Positions 18,099 to 28,991 of a stretch of DNA of 64,000 bases are shown piece after piece. The first letter of the stretch is position 1, and every line of letters starts with the position of its first letter. Below the pieces are notes generated by a model, which was given only the letters and a program-made list of their open reading frames with translations, searched no databases and was not told the DNA's origin. Both the position numbers and the translations under genes were made by a program. The stretch is from a virus: IMG/VR virus record IMGVR_UViG_3300035459_000118, positions 1 to 64,000 of that record; one strand, written 5' to 3'.

Positions 18099-21000
18099 CT
18101 ATTCTTTGACATTTATACCTGTTATTTCTTTCATGGGAATCAGATCATCAGGACAATGCCAGATTACAATCTTACCATCGGGCAATTTGTATTTTTTGGG
18201 AACAATCATTTCCAGGTCGACGATCTTCTTGATTAGTTCTGCTTTTTCGTTGGCAAGAGCAACAATACATTCACGTGCAGTTCCGCCAGAATTTAGAAGA
18301 TTATACACAGTGGGATCATTTACAAAAACTTCATCGAATGTTTTCATTTCAAGCCCTTTCTTAACCAATCAAACCATAATTGGCTTGTCTCATCTGAAGC
18401 AAATTTCAGAGAAAATAACAATGCATCCATCTCCCACCATTGGATAGTATAATATTTTATAATGCTTCTTTTATAATCGGAAACAAAATCTTCCCCAAAC
18501 GCATCGAACGATACCTCTCTAATATTTCTTTTCCCTTTTTCCCACTGAACATGGTGCCGCCATTCATGGGCGATTGCATTGACCATGTAACCATCATCGT
18601 TTGAATACCGCAAACTTAAAACTATCAAACCTCGATTAGTCAAATCGCAATATCTTTCGCCAACCAAGATTTCTCCTCTTTGCTTATGCACATATCCTGC
18701 GCCCATTGGAAGATCCTCCAGCATGATTTCAGGAAGAGGAATAGATCTGTCGAATTTGCGCAGCCAATTCAATTCTATCCATTTACGTGCAGAAGAAGCA
18801 CTCATTTAAATTCCTTGTGAAAATTCAAGAACTATTTTATCCATACGATCGAGTTCTTCTTGCGTCAATTCCCGACACTGCGGATTATGCTGGCATGACC
18901 AGATAGAGAAATGGCCCTTCTGAAAATTATCTTTCAAGATCTTTTTGAGATTCTCCATGGCTACTTCAGATTCGAGAGCTTTAACTATGCTGCAATAGAT
19001 AATTGGAGTAGACATAGCTCAGTTCTCCCAAACTATTTATTGATCGTATTCCACCACGTGACAGCATCCGCTTCATTTTTAAGATGAGGACCTTCCTTAC
19101 CGCAAGAAGGACAAAAAACCCAACATCGGTTTTCTCTTCGGACCATAACACTTGATTTACAATTGCTACAAAATACGAGACCATGCGACTGTTGTTCTTC
19201 TCTGTTTATATATCCCAGCATTTCAAGAATCGCAATAGTATTAAAAACATTGGAAGAAAGAAGATATCCAGATTCTTTTTCTAATTCTCCCATTTTTACT
19301 GTAACTTCTTCCTCAATCGCTTTTCTTTTAGAAAAAGAAAAACCTAATTTTTCCTTATCCATTTAAAGAACCTCCTCCAGCCTATCCATATCTTCAACAA
19401 TAACCAAATATCGACAGTCTTTCTTTTCCATAGAAGGAATGCTTACGAGAATACTTTTTTTCTGATAATCAATAGACTCAACTATTCCATCTGTTGGCTG
19501 GATCGAGAATCCAATAAAATCCTTGAGACGGACCCTGTCGCCAACACGGAAAGGACATAACCATGTAGTAGCAATTTTAGACTCAACAAGACGAATTATC
19601 GCGCATTCAACGATTCTCTCGACAAAGGTCGCAACATCAATATAGTCTGGGATACGAATATTCGCACGTTCAAACATCTTCTGCAAGCGTTGCGTGGCTT
19701 CCTTTCTCAACTCCTGATACTTATCCATCTCTATATTCTCCTTTCGAAAACACTTTTCAGGTCTTTCCATGCATCTTCTATCGTCATCCTGGGAAAAGCA
19801 TACTGAAAATAAATTGGATTCTCTTTCATGTATCTCTCAAAGCCAGACTTCGATCCGCGATCCATACTGACTGATCTTTCTGCTTGTTGTTCAGGAGTGA
19901 AAAGTATTCTGGACTTTTGGACGAGGATGTTTTCCTCAGAACAGGGCAAAAGCAATCTCTCTGGTACTGCAACAGCAAGATCATTCTGAAAATTCTGGAT
20001 TGTTTCTGAAAAAGATGGTTTTTCTTTTGGAATTCTTTTCTTGATGTTTGGATTACGCCTTCTCGCATCCTCAGCGTTCCGGTTGACTCGCTTGTGCTGG
20101 CACTCCTCGTTGCTGCAATACTTACGTGGCTTGAAATCCTTTTGCTGAATAATCTCTCCACAAGCAGCACAAATGAAGGATGGATATTGGGTAACTTTTC
20201 TCTCTTTCTTGGCTCTTCTTCTGGCAATCTCAATCCCAAGAGCCTTCTCACATTCTCTTGTATGACAATACTTGCGGGGACGATACTTTGAATACCCAAC
20301 CTCGTTGGTACATCCGGGTCTCTGACAGATCATTGAGGCTTCCTTTCCATATCTCTAAGAATTTTTATGAATGATTCTCTATAAAATTCCTTTGATTCGT
20401 TAAGTCCTTTCCACTGGTCCATTGGAACAACAACAAAACCATGTTTATTCAAGATGCCTGCCAATTCAATAATATCGAATACGGCATGGCCTTCCTGATC
20501 ATGCTGGATATGGACATTGGAAAATGACGAGAATGGAATGTCTCCGTTAATTCTGGGCTGTGGGGAACAACCGATAATCAAATACAAAAATACAAGAACA
20601 GCAAGAACAAGCAAACAACAATCGAAAACAAGTTTCCGCTTAGTTAATGATTCCGATAATGATTCCGAACCCAAATTAGAAGGTTTAACATCTTCTCTTT
20701 TTAAGAAGAACTCATTGTGGCTACCATACCTGGAAGCTAATTCCAGATCTTTCTTTTCTTCTTCGGAAAGATGGCATTTCATCTTCTTCTCCTTTTTGAG
20801 TGTAATTCCCGGATGGCTTTCTGATTGGCTTTTTCATGCATTGTGGCAAAAGGATGCCGGCCTCTTTTAAAAGAATTCAAAAAGAGAAAGTCATCTTCCA
20901 GCCTATTTATTTCAACAACGAGACTGCGACAATCTTGTTCCATTCGATCCTGTATAATCAGTCCTTCTTGAATAAAAGAAGTGGCAATCTCATCGCAAAC

Positions 21001-21409
21001 ATCATCAATAATAAAAACCCGTTTACCTCTTCCAGAAGTCGAAGTTGCAATCATTATCTTCATCCTATAAATTCGTTAACCACCTGCAACACAAACCAGG
21101 CAAAAGCCAACACAAAAAGCAAAAAACAAGTTATCCGATCATCCATATCAAAACCTTCCTCATCTTTATGAGTGCAAAAATAGAAACAACAGCACCGCCG
21201 AAAACTATAAGTCCCGGCCAGCCCCAAAGACGAATAACAAAAATTAAAAAGATTGCTATACTTGAAAATAAAGAAGCTGCAAAAATGATCTTTTCCATAA
21301 CCAAAACTTTCTTGAGATAAAAAAGCGGGAGTTGAATAAGGGGTTTCTTCCCGTACATCCAACCCCCGCTTGGGTCAGCGCATTCTTCTGACTGCGGAGC
21401 CTGTCTCAC
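18099..21409 (-). other. Cluster of small overlapping hypothetical genes (18099-18368, 18806-19015, 19033-19362, 19363-19770, 19731-20333 Cys-rich, 20330-20782, 20779-21063 and small membrane ORFs)
   Basis: Tightly packed co-directional ORFs, several with CxxC motifs. Confidence 0.6.
18344..18805 (-). CDS. Putative zinc metallopeptidase
   Basis: AHEWRH (HExxH) plus downstream EMDA. Confidence 0.55.
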   Translation of the reverse strand: MSASSARKWIELNWLRKFDRSIPLPEIMLEDLPMGAGYVHKQRGEILVGERYCDLTNRGLIVLSLRYSNDDGYMVNAIAHEWRHHVQWEKGKRNIREVSFDAFGEDFVSDYKRSIIKYYTIQWWEMDALLFSLKFASDETSQLWFDWLRKGLK

Positions 21410-21756
21410 GCAGCCAATGATTGACCATCCATTGGATGGGAGATGCCGGCGTTGGCGAGATTAGTCCCGAAATCATTTCCGGAAACGGCGGTACTTACCT
21501 TTTTATAAGTGGTGGCCGTACTGGCCGTGGCGATCTCGGCAATCGTAGAGCCGATGGCGCCGATGGGGTGGAAATCGATCATTGTCATGCTTTCAAAGTT
21601 TGAGGTCACAATGGTATCCACCATATTCGGTGGGACGCCAGAGACGGCCTCCGCCCGACTCGACACAATGACGTTTTCAGCCCCTCCCCAGGTTGGTCCC
21701 GCAAACAATGCGAACAATGCGAGACACAGGAACAACATGAAAATACTTTTCTTCAT
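21406..21756 (-). CDS. Secreted hypothetical protein
   Basis: MKKSIFMLFLCLALFALFAG signal peptide; GGAGGT RBS. Confidence 0.55.
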   Translation of the reverse strand: MKKSIFMLFLCLALFALFAGPTWGGAENVIVSSRAEAVSGVPPNMVDTIVTSNFESMTMIDFHPIGAIGSTIAEIATASTATTYKKVSTAVSGNDFGTNLANAGISHPMDGQSLAA

Positions 21757-21817
21757 TTTTACCTCCTTCTTCTGTCGTTAATCCTGGAATCACCAGTCTT
21801 TCGTTCCCTTCGAACTA

Positions 21818-21836
21818 ATTATACTTTGCTTTAATG
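21818..21836 (-). promoter_or_regulatory. Class B promoter-like motif (SATTAAA-N4-RGTATAAT)
   Basis: cattaaagcaaagtataat on the minus strand. Confidence 0.6.
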
Positions 21837-21876
21837 AAATCCGCAAAAAATAATTTTATTCGGAGGGAAACCTCAC

Positions 21877-21920
21877 ATTTATATAAAGAAAAACCACACC
21901 TTATCAAAAATTTTTATTTT
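21877..21920 (-). promoter_or_regulatory. Class A promoter-like motif (variant)
   Basis: aaaataaaaatttttga-N17-ttatataaat on the minus strand. Confidence 0.6.
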
Positions 21921-22118
21921 AAGCGCAAAAAATACCCCTTTAGCGGAGCTGGGTTAGCTAAGTATTTGATCTCAATAGATTATTTTGGTGAAAACTTGAA
22001 TGAGAAACTCGGCTTTTTGGCCTATTTTACTGATTTTTGATAAGGGCAACTAAAAACAAGCTATATAACCCATTGATTTCGTTAATAAATAAAAATTACA
22101 TTTTTTATAAAAAAATGC

Positions 22119-22172
22119 TTTACTTTTCTTTTAAAACAAGTATACTGAACTTGAGTAAAGGTTCTTTTACAA
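22119..22172 (+). promoter_or_regulatory. Sigma70-type early promoter followed by boxA-like site
   Basis: TTTACT-N16-TATACT in AT-rich context; GTTCTTTTACAA at 22161-22172. Confidence 0.6.
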
Positions 22173-22174
22173 CA

Positions 22175-22695
22175 GAGGGGAGCAGCGAACAAAGGCGAGC
22201 AGATTCCACCCTCAAACGAAAGTCGGAAACTCCCGACAGCGAAATTAAAACCCTGCTGAATGGGTTTAAAATACGGGAAGCAAGGTCTTCTTTCCAACCC
22301 AAACCCAACCCCAGAGCCCACTCCCACTTACAGATGGCAAGCCACTAAGTGGGTTACCCAGGATGAGAACTCCTGGTGACTTCGAGGAAAGACTCGTCGC
22401 CAACCAGCCAAGGCGTGAACCTCGTATGAAAGCAACGAGGATTTCTGGTGCGTAACGGCGCATGAATTCCGAAACGGTAACCCCATACCGAAGAAGGGGC
22501 AGTTTCAAGTGGTTCCTGACTGAACCGATTCTTTGACGAAAGCACTCAGCTGCTAGGTATCGTTACCCCGACGCAAAAATGTTCGGAGGCAATACCACAA
22601 GTGCCTGGTCACGAGAAATATGATCCTGTGGGTCGGTGGAAGCACTGACCCGGCGCAATACAAGTTAAGGATCTGAAATGCGCGTACGATCGCCC
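22175..22695 (+). ncRNA. Putative structured non-coding leader RNA (tandem hairpins)
   Basis: No credible ORF; about 18 consecutive stems, e.g. cccactta/taagtggg, ccagga/tcctgg, cctcgt/acgagg, gggtcggtg/cactgaccc. Confidence 0.55.
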
Positions 22696-22717
22696 TTTAA
22701 TATGAAAGGAGAAAATC

Positions 22718-22891
22718 ATGATCAAGCCTGGAGACAAGGTTCAAATCATTCAACTGGGAGACGAATACTACGGCAGGACCGGGAAGGTTCTTTCTGTTTC
22801 ACGGAGCCTCGCCCTGGTAGAATTTCACGATGGGACAACCCGCTACTACAACAATATGAACGGCATCGATATTAAAAAGGAGGAGCCATGA
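22718..22891 (+). CDS. Small KOW/SH3-like protein
   Basis: Manual translation MIKPGDKVQII...YYGRTGKV; strong RBS. Confidence 0.6.
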   Translation: MIKPGDKVQIIQLGDEYYGRTGKVLSVSRSLALVEFHDGTTRYYNNMNGIDIKKEEP

Positions 22892-23142
22892 AAATCAACT
22901 ACGGCATCAATAAAGTCGAAATAACAATCCCTCGCAAGCACCGAAAGAAGAAAATCCTGCACGAAAACCATTCGGCGGAAATCCAGCGTTCTCAGGCGAC
23001 GAAAGCTGGGACAAAAACTATGAAGCGATCTCCGCCACAGTGAAGAAAACCGTCGCCGAGAAACACCCCGGATGGGGGTTGACCGGCTTTTGCGAAGCGA
23101 AAAACTAACCCGTTTAAAATAGTCCAGAAAGGAGAAAATATC

Positions 23143-23865
23143 ATGAAGGGATGCTTGAGAATAGTAAGAGGCAATGAGGTAAAGCTGACACTCCCCGGTC
23201 CCAGCATCACAATCAAGGCAGACGGTACGCTGTGGTTTGGGCGCAATCCGATGCTGCCGATCCTGGGCTCCGGAGATGGGCCGGATAAGCAGCGCATGGC
23301 CGACCTCGTTAAGGCTGGCAAATACGATCAGATCCCGGCAATCTATTTTACACGCTTGGGCGACAATCCTAACGGACTCTGGACGGGCACTGACGAGGAG
23401 TGGGCCAAGCACCCGGCGAAAGCGGAACAAGATCGTGTCGCGGCGGCAAAGGCGGCTGAGACTGCCAAGCAGGTTAGAATCTATCTGTCTTCGCGCGGGT
23501 GGGGAGATTACTCTGGCTGTGAGTGGATCGGCGACATCACCCGCCCGGATGCTGAGATTTTGGCAGAGTGTAAGCATATCCTGACCACGGGGCATGACGT
23601 TGACCAGCCGAATCAATCGGATAATGAGATTATGAGCCAGATCACCAAGGCCCGCGCTGATTGGGAGTCTGCCCCCGCGCGTAAGGCGGCGAGAGAGGCG
23701 GCGGAAGAAGAGGATATCCGCCGGAAGATCGCATCTGGATATTGCTTTGCATGTGAGAGTTACTGCCACGGCGACTGTGGGAATTACAGCAGCGATCCGC
23801 GCGTGATGTATCGCCGGCAACTCAACGAGGCGACGCGCGAAGCCAATTACGGCATCGAGGATTAA
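23143..23865 (+). CDS. Hypothetical protein with C-terminal Cys cluster
   Basis: CFACESYCHGDC; RBS. Confidence 0.6.
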   Translation: MKGCLRIVRGNEVKLTLPGPSITIKADGTLWFGRNPMLPILGSGDGPDKQRMADLVKAGKYDQIPAIYFTRLGDNPNGLWTGTDEEWAKHPAKAEQDRVAAAKAAETAKQVRIYLSSRGWGDYSGCEWIGDITRPDAEILAECKHILTTGHDVDQPNQSDNEIMSQITKARADWESAPARKAAREAAEEEDIRRKIASGYCFACESYCHGDCGNYSSDPRVMYRRQLNEATREANYGIED

Positions 23866-23887
23866 CGCCACGAAAGGAGAAACACCA

Positions 23888-25447
23888 ATGTCAAAAGGAA
23901 TCCAAGATTTACTCTTCATGATCCGCAGCGGATACGCCTTTATCTATGTTGAATCCTCAGAAATCCAGAAAGCCACCGCCGACATCTATAACGGACTATC
24001 CGAAAACTTCAAGGCCACCAACAACGGCGGCATCCAGTACAAGGTCTCCGTCTGGGACCACGAATCCAAAAACGCCCAAGGAGAAAGCCAAGCCAACGAC
24101 CCCAACGACGTTCTTACGCTACTTGAAAACGTCAAGAGCGGCATGGATGAGGTTTCTATCGGCACAGTATTAATCGCTAAGAACTATCAATGGTTTCTCG
24201 GAGACGAGTACGGCAACTGCGATAAGTTCAAGGCTGCCTGGTTACTCAACAGGGCTGGGAGTTTCTCTTCCCCCGAGGGGAGAAAAGTCCTGATCATCAT
24301 CGGGAATATTCCTTTCGAGAAGGCAATTCCCGACATCCTCAAGCGAGACTTTGCCAAGATCGAATTCCCACTTCCCAACGAGAAAGAAATCGAAGACATC
24401 TACAACTTCACCGTAAACTCCGTCAAGGACGATCCCAAGTTCGTCATGCCGACCGACAAAGAAAAGCAGAGAATCATTGCCGGAGCCAAGGGCTTAACCT
24501 ATTCCGAAACCATCAAGGTTTTCTCCTACACTCTCGTCAAAAATAAGGGGATATTTAATCCCGAGACGGTCGAGGAACTCCGTGCAGAGGAAATCAACTC
24601 CACCCCTGGGCTCTCCCTGAGGCATTATGACAAGAAGCTGGAAGACCTCAAAGGGTACGAGATCGCGAAGGAAATCGTCGACGAGTGGATCAACGATCAA
24701 GAAGCAAGAGGGGTCTTAATCCTGGGGCCTGCCGGCGTCGGGAAAACACACTTCTGCCAAGCTCTTGCCTCTCATTACAATCGGCTCCTCATCGAACTGG
24801 AGTTTGCTCAACTCATGGGGGACGGGCTCGTCGGTCAGGCAGAAAAGGCGATGAAACGCGCACTGGATGTTATCGCTGCAAATGCAAATCCCGCAGCCCC
24901 GATCATCGTATTTTGCGACGAAATCGAAAAGGGATTGGCTGGAACCTCAGGAGCAGGAGGGTCAAAAGGGACAAACGATGGAGGGACAACCGATCGTAGT
25001 AATGCTCAATTCCTCAAGTTCCTCAGTGACGCTCGTCCAAAAGGAATTTACATCGTAGCTTCCTGCAACGATATCGAGAAGCTCCCAGCGGCCTATGTAC
25101 GGGCGGAACGATGGGACTGTGCCCCTTTGTTTGTTGATCTCCCCTCTCGCGGTGAACAGGAAGCAATCCTTGCTCATTATCAAGGGGTCTACAAGGTAAC
25201 TGAACGACCGGCCAATATGGCTGGCTGGAGCGGAGCAGAAATTAAAACATGGTGTAAACTTGCCCGGAAGAAAATCGACGTTGGCAAGAAAGCAAACGGC
25301 GCCGACGCTCTCATTGTCCCGGTTTCAAAAACCATGGCAGACGAGATTGATTACCTCCGCACCTGGAAAGAAGGAAGAACGGTACCGGCATCGAGAACGA
25401 CGGCCATCGAAAAGGTCGAAAGCAAGGGAAGGAAACTGGAAATCTAA
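23888..25447 (+). CDS. AAA+ ATPase (Ycf46-like)
   Basis: GPAGVGKT, FCDEIEK, RAERWD; degenerate N-terminal AAA domain; ends with PAS motif. Confidence 0.85.
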   Translation: MSKGIQDLLFMIRSGYAFIYVESSEIQKATADIYNGLSENFKATNNGGIQYKVSVWDHESKNAQGESQANDPNDVLTLLENVKSGMDEVSIGTVLIAKNYQWFLGDEYGNCDKFKAAWLLNRAGSFSSPEGRKVLIIIGNIPFEKAIPDILKRDFAKIEFPLPNEKEIEDIYNFTVNSVKDDPKFVMPTDKEKQRIIAGAKGLTYSETIKVFSYTLVKNKGIFNPETVEELRAEEINSTPGLSLRHYDKKLEDLKGYEIAKEIVDEWINDQEARGVLILGPAGVGKTHFCQALASHYNRLLIELEFAQLMGDGLVGQAEKAMKRALDVIAANANPAAPIIVFCDEIEKGLAGTSGAGGSKGTNDGGTTDRSNAQFLKFLSDARPKGIYIVASCNDIEKLPAAYVRAERWDCAPLFVDLPSRGEQEAILAHYQGVYKVTERPANMAGWSGAEIKTWCKLARKKIDVGKKANGADALIVPVSKTMADEIDYLRTWKEGRTVPASRTTAIEKVESKGRKLEI

Positions 25448-25493
25448 TCTATCGGCTGTCCTACCGGCCAAACGGGGAGAAAAGAAGAAAAAA

Positions 25494-25844
25494 ATGGCAA
25501 AATTCGACGTGTCTTTTTCCATCAATAAAAAAGGGGGCAGAACGAATTCAATCAAAAGGGAATTGGAAGAGAAGTTGGGAATGAACATTACCATCGTGAA
25601 AAAGAACCCTAACCCTTCCCGAGCAGAACGACTTTCCGAGGCTGAAGATCTAGTCAGTCAGGCCAAAGATATCGTCCAAGAGCTTCAGGATGAGATGCAA
25701 AACTGGAACGACAATATGCCCGAAAATTTGCAGCAAAGCGACAAGGCTCAGCAGGTATCCGATGCGGCCGACAACCTCCAATTGCTTTACGATGATCTGG
25801 ACAATGTTGATTTCAGCATAGTGGAATTTCCTGGCTTATATTAA
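25494..25844 (+). CDS. Hypothetical coiled-coil protein
   Basis: DNMPENLQ.S motif. Confidence 0.55.
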   Translation: MAKFDVSFSINKKGGRTNSIKRELEEKLGMNITIVKKNPNPSRAERLSEAEDLVSQAKDIVQELQDEMQNWNDNMPENLQQSDKAQQVSDAADNLQLLYDDLDNVDFSIVEFPGLY

Positions 25845-25879
25845 ACCAAATAAACAAATCCAGAAAGGAGAACAAGAAA

Positions 25880-26767
25880 ATGATCAACGAAAGGAATATC
25901 TTCACGAAGGGAATGCTCATCAACCTGACCATGGGTGCCTACTGGGGGCAGAAGAAGCTCTCCAAGGAACAGCTCAAGGACATGCCGACGGAAATCGTCA
26001 GGGGAGTCCATGATCTCTTCGACGAGAAGTTCAAGAACCTGCTCAAAGAAATCGGCGCCCTCGACAACGAGACAAGGGGTCTCGTAAAGAACCAGTCGGT
26101 CCCCTTTCCCATCGACGGAATTTACTTCATCCGCTCCGAACAGATTGAACCGATCATCGAACTCCTGGAACAGCGCAGGGGTCTCCGGGACGAGATGATC
26201 GAAAAGGCCATCGAGAACTACGACCAAGCCATCGTCGACTTCGCCCAGCAATATCCCGAATATTACAATCACGGCAAAAGCAAGTACCTCTCCAAGGAAC
26301 GCTTCGCGGAGCGGTTCTACTTCAAGTACCAGTTCCTCAAGATTTCCGCTCCGGATGAGGAAGACAAGATCATCAGCCCGGAACTCTACAAGAAGGAAAT
26401 GGAAAAGTTCCGGGAGACCATCGACGAGATGAAGAAAGACATTGTCTCAACGATCTACCAGGAACTGCTCAACACCACTGCTCGGCTCAAGAAACAGTGC
26501 GGCGACGGAGGGAAACCCAATCAACGGACACTCAACACTTTGTCGGAATACCTCCGACGGATCAATGACGTATACTCCGATTTCGTCGACCGTGACGACC
26601 TGAAGCGGGCAATCGAAAACGTCAAGCTCTCCATCCTGGGAGTTACCGCCGAGGATTTACGCAGCTCCGAATCCGGCAAGGAGGAATTCCGCCGAGGGAT
26701 TTCCGCCGTGATCAGTGAGATCCAGAATCTGCCGGATATCCCGCTGCGGAGGGCAATCGAACTTTAA
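25880..26767 (+). CDS. DUF3150-like helical protein
   Basis: N-terminal W.GQKKL motif, C-terminal RAIEL; downstream of the AAA ATPase. Confidence 0.5.
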   Translation: MINERNIFTKGMLINLTMGAYWGQKKLSKEQLKDMPTEIVRGVHDLFDEKFKNLLKEIGALDNETRGLVKNQSVPFPIDGIYFIRSEQIEPIIELLEQRRGLRDEMIEKAIENYDQAIVDFAQQYPEYYNHGKSKYLSKERFAERFYFKYQFLKISAPDEEDKIISPELYKKEMEKFRETIDEMKKDIVSTIYQELLNTTARLKKQCGDGGKPNQRTLNTLSEYLRRINDVYSDFVDRDDLKRAIENVKLSILGVTAEDLRSSESGKEEFRRGISAVISEIQNLPDIPLRRAIEL

Positions 26768-26839
26768 CCTTTCAGTCTTTCCCCGGAACGGAAGAATCCG
26801 GGGATCGGCCGAACGATTAAAACCAGAAAGGAGGAACAG

Positions 26840-27235
26840 ATGAAAACAATTGGAATTATCGGCTCCCGAAGAAGAGATACCAAAGAAGATCTTGAAAAAG
26901 TAATAAATGCATTTGTAAAAATATACGAACCTGGAGATCAAATCTGCTCTGGAGGCTGTAAAAAAGGAGGAGATCGCTTTGCAGAAATTATCGCCGAAGC
27001 GATGGGGATTCCTCTTGTTATTCACCTCCCCGATAAGAACAAACTCAACCCAATTCTTCTCGAAAAAGCTCCGAGAGCAGCCTACCGTGAAATCAACTAC
27101 GCAAGAAATACATTGGTAGCAATGGACAGCAATCCAATAATCGCCTGCGTAGCTCCAGACAGAAAAGGCGGAACCGAAGATACCATCAAAAAGTTCATCA
27201 AATTCCACGGAAAAGAAAATCTAATTCTCGTATGA
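26840..27235 (+). CDS. SLOG-family (YspA/DUF2493-like) nucleotide-binding protein
   Basis: IIGSR...SGGC.KGGD...RN...GGT. Confidence 0.7.
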   Translation: MKTIGIIGSRRRDTKEDLEKVINAFVKIYEPGDQICSGGCKKGGDRFAEIIAEAMGIPLVIHLPDKNKLNPILLEKAPRAAYREINYARNTLVAMDSNPIIACVAPDRKGGTEDTIKKFIKFHGKENLILV

Positions 27236-27415
27236 AAAGGAGGCCTCAATGGGAGAAGCAAGCCGCAGAAAGAAACTCGGCCTAACATTTAAAGAACGAG
27301 CAGAAGAAGATTGGGAAGATTACGTCCATCCACTCGAAGGGAAACCCGTAAAAACCAATGAAGAACTTGCCGAACTGGCGAGGACAATTCATCAAATTAA
27401 GAAAGGAGAAATGCT

Positions 27416-27757
27416 ATGCCCTGCTACCAAATTCGCACCGTCTCGATAGAATTTCATGTTGGTAATGTTGACCTGCTCAAGAAGGCTCTTGAGGCAGCCG
27501 GATGGAATATCTCAAACATCACAACTGGCGCGATATACGCCAAGAACAACAATCTCAGAAAATCAATACGGATAGGTTTAGATTCTACAAGCACAACAAA
27601 AATTACAAGTCAAGAATTCTCACAAACAGAATTAAACAACCTCAACAATTCCATCAAACGCGCCTACAGCGAGCAGGTAATCGATGAGCTTGCGAAGAAG
27701 CAACGGTGGATCAAGAGGAATATGGGACAGGGGAACTTTCAACTTCAACGATTTTAA
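27416..27757 (+). CDS. DUF1257-like protein
   Basis: LLKKALEAAGW...IKRAYS...AKKQRW. Confidence 0.5.
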   Translation: MPCYQIRTVSIEFHVGNVDLLKKALEAAGWNISNITTGAIYAKNNNLRKSIRIGLDSTSTTKITSQEFSQTELNNLNNSIKRAYSEQVIDELAKKQRWIKRNMGQGNFQLQRF

Positions 27758-28009
27758 TTTTTAAAAAGGAGAACGACCATGGAAAAAAGAATCGAAGATT
27801 TTTTGAACATTGATGGAAATGCCATTGCCTTCCATAAAAAGTCGGATGCTGCCAAATTGGAAGAAATAGAAAAATGCTCTTTCGAGGCAGAAATCCCCTG
27901 CTCTACCGGAAAAACAGGAAAAAGAAAAATCATTATATTAAGCCGCAACAAATTTCACTTCCTGGTCGTCAATGCGCGTAAAGGGATTCGGGTCAAGGAA
28001 AGGAAGACC

Positions 28010-28051
28010 AAATAAAATTTTTAGAAAGACTCCAAAATCATTTATATAAAT
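28010..28051 (+). promoter_or_regulatory. Class A promoter-like motif
   Basis: aaataaaatttttag-N17-ttatataaat. Confidence 0.75.
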
Positions 28052-28180
28052 AGAGGCATTCATGTCTGGCCGACGTGAACAAACCATAAATGATCCTGAA
28101 GTCTCCTTCCATCGCGAGGTGGTGGGGTAGCGGCCAGCTACGAATGCAGACTTCAGGATTTTTCTATTTTGGAGGGAGAA

Positions 28181-28870
28181 ATGAGCAGATTCAATGTACC
28201 GAAACCTTATGGGATTATTTACAAAATTGAAAATAAAATCAATGGTAGGATTTATATCGGACAAACAAAACAAGATTTAAATAAAAGAATTTTTGAGCAC
28301 GTAAATAATAATGGTAAAATGTATATACAAAATGCGATAAGAAAACACAACATTAAGTCTTTTGTATTTCTTGAAATTGATCGAGCTTATTCAAGAAATG
28401 AATTAAACGAAAAAGAAAAATATTGGATTAAAAAATTAAACTGCAAATATCCAAACGGGTATAACCTTACAAATGGAGGAGAAGGAGGTGCAACTTGGAC
28501 CGGGGGGCACCACACAGAAGAAGCAAAAGAAAAACTTAGAATAGCAAACACAGGGAGAAAACAATCAGAAGAAGAGAAAAAGAAAAGAGCTATTTCCAAT
28601 AGTGGAAAGAAAAGATCAAAAACAACAAAACATAAACAAAGTTTGGCGGCTAAAGGAAAACCAAAATCAAAAGAAAGTATTGCAAAAAGATCAAAAACAA
28701 GATTCGATAAAACAGGACCAAACAAAATAGTCTCCTGTAAAGGTTGCAATAAAATAATGGAATTAAGACCTAATGATAATAGAAAATATTGCAATTGGGA
28801 ATGTAGAGTCTTGCATCAAATAAACCCGATGAAAGGAAAAAAAACGACCCGATTTATCAGAAAGAAATAA
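28181..28870 (+). CDS. GIY-YIG homing endonuclease with NUMOD3 repeats (likely frameshifted; natural end about 28985)
   Basis: IIYKIENKINGRIYIGQT, GYNLTNGGEG, HTEEAKEKLR. The +1 frame after the A8 run continues KKRPDLSERNK...LCECGCG. Confidence 0.85.
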   Translation: MSRFNVPKPYGIIYKIENKINGRIYIGQTKQDLNKRIFEHVNNNGKMYIQNAIRKHNIKSFVFLEIDRAYSRNELNEKEKYWIKKLNCKYPNGYNLTNGGEGGATWTGGHHTEEAKEKLRIANTGRKQSEEEKKKRAISNSGKKRSKTTKHKQSLAAKGKPKSKESIAKRSKTRFDKTGPNKIVSCKGCNKIMELRPNDNRKYCNWECRVLHQINPMKGKKTTRFIRKK

Positions 28871-28991
28871 ACAAAGATCAAAACCAAAACCACCAGCCAA
28901 ATTATGTGAATGTGGTTGTGGAAATTATGCAAATCTAGGAAAAAGATTTATAAACTTTCACTATAAAAGAACAGGAAAGGAGTAAAATCAA

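Noticed and set aside
22384-22495. RNase P RNA-like words (gaggaaag, gaaacggtaa)
   Set aside because: The P4 helix partner and the conserved 3' motif are not present; the matches sit in simple hairpins.
23124-26835. Repeated ccagaaaggag before several genes
   Set aside because: Adequately explained as strong Shine-Dalgarno sequences.
28840-28870. TTRFIRKK tail as another PIP-like motif
   Set aside because: Probably an artefact of the A8 frameshift.
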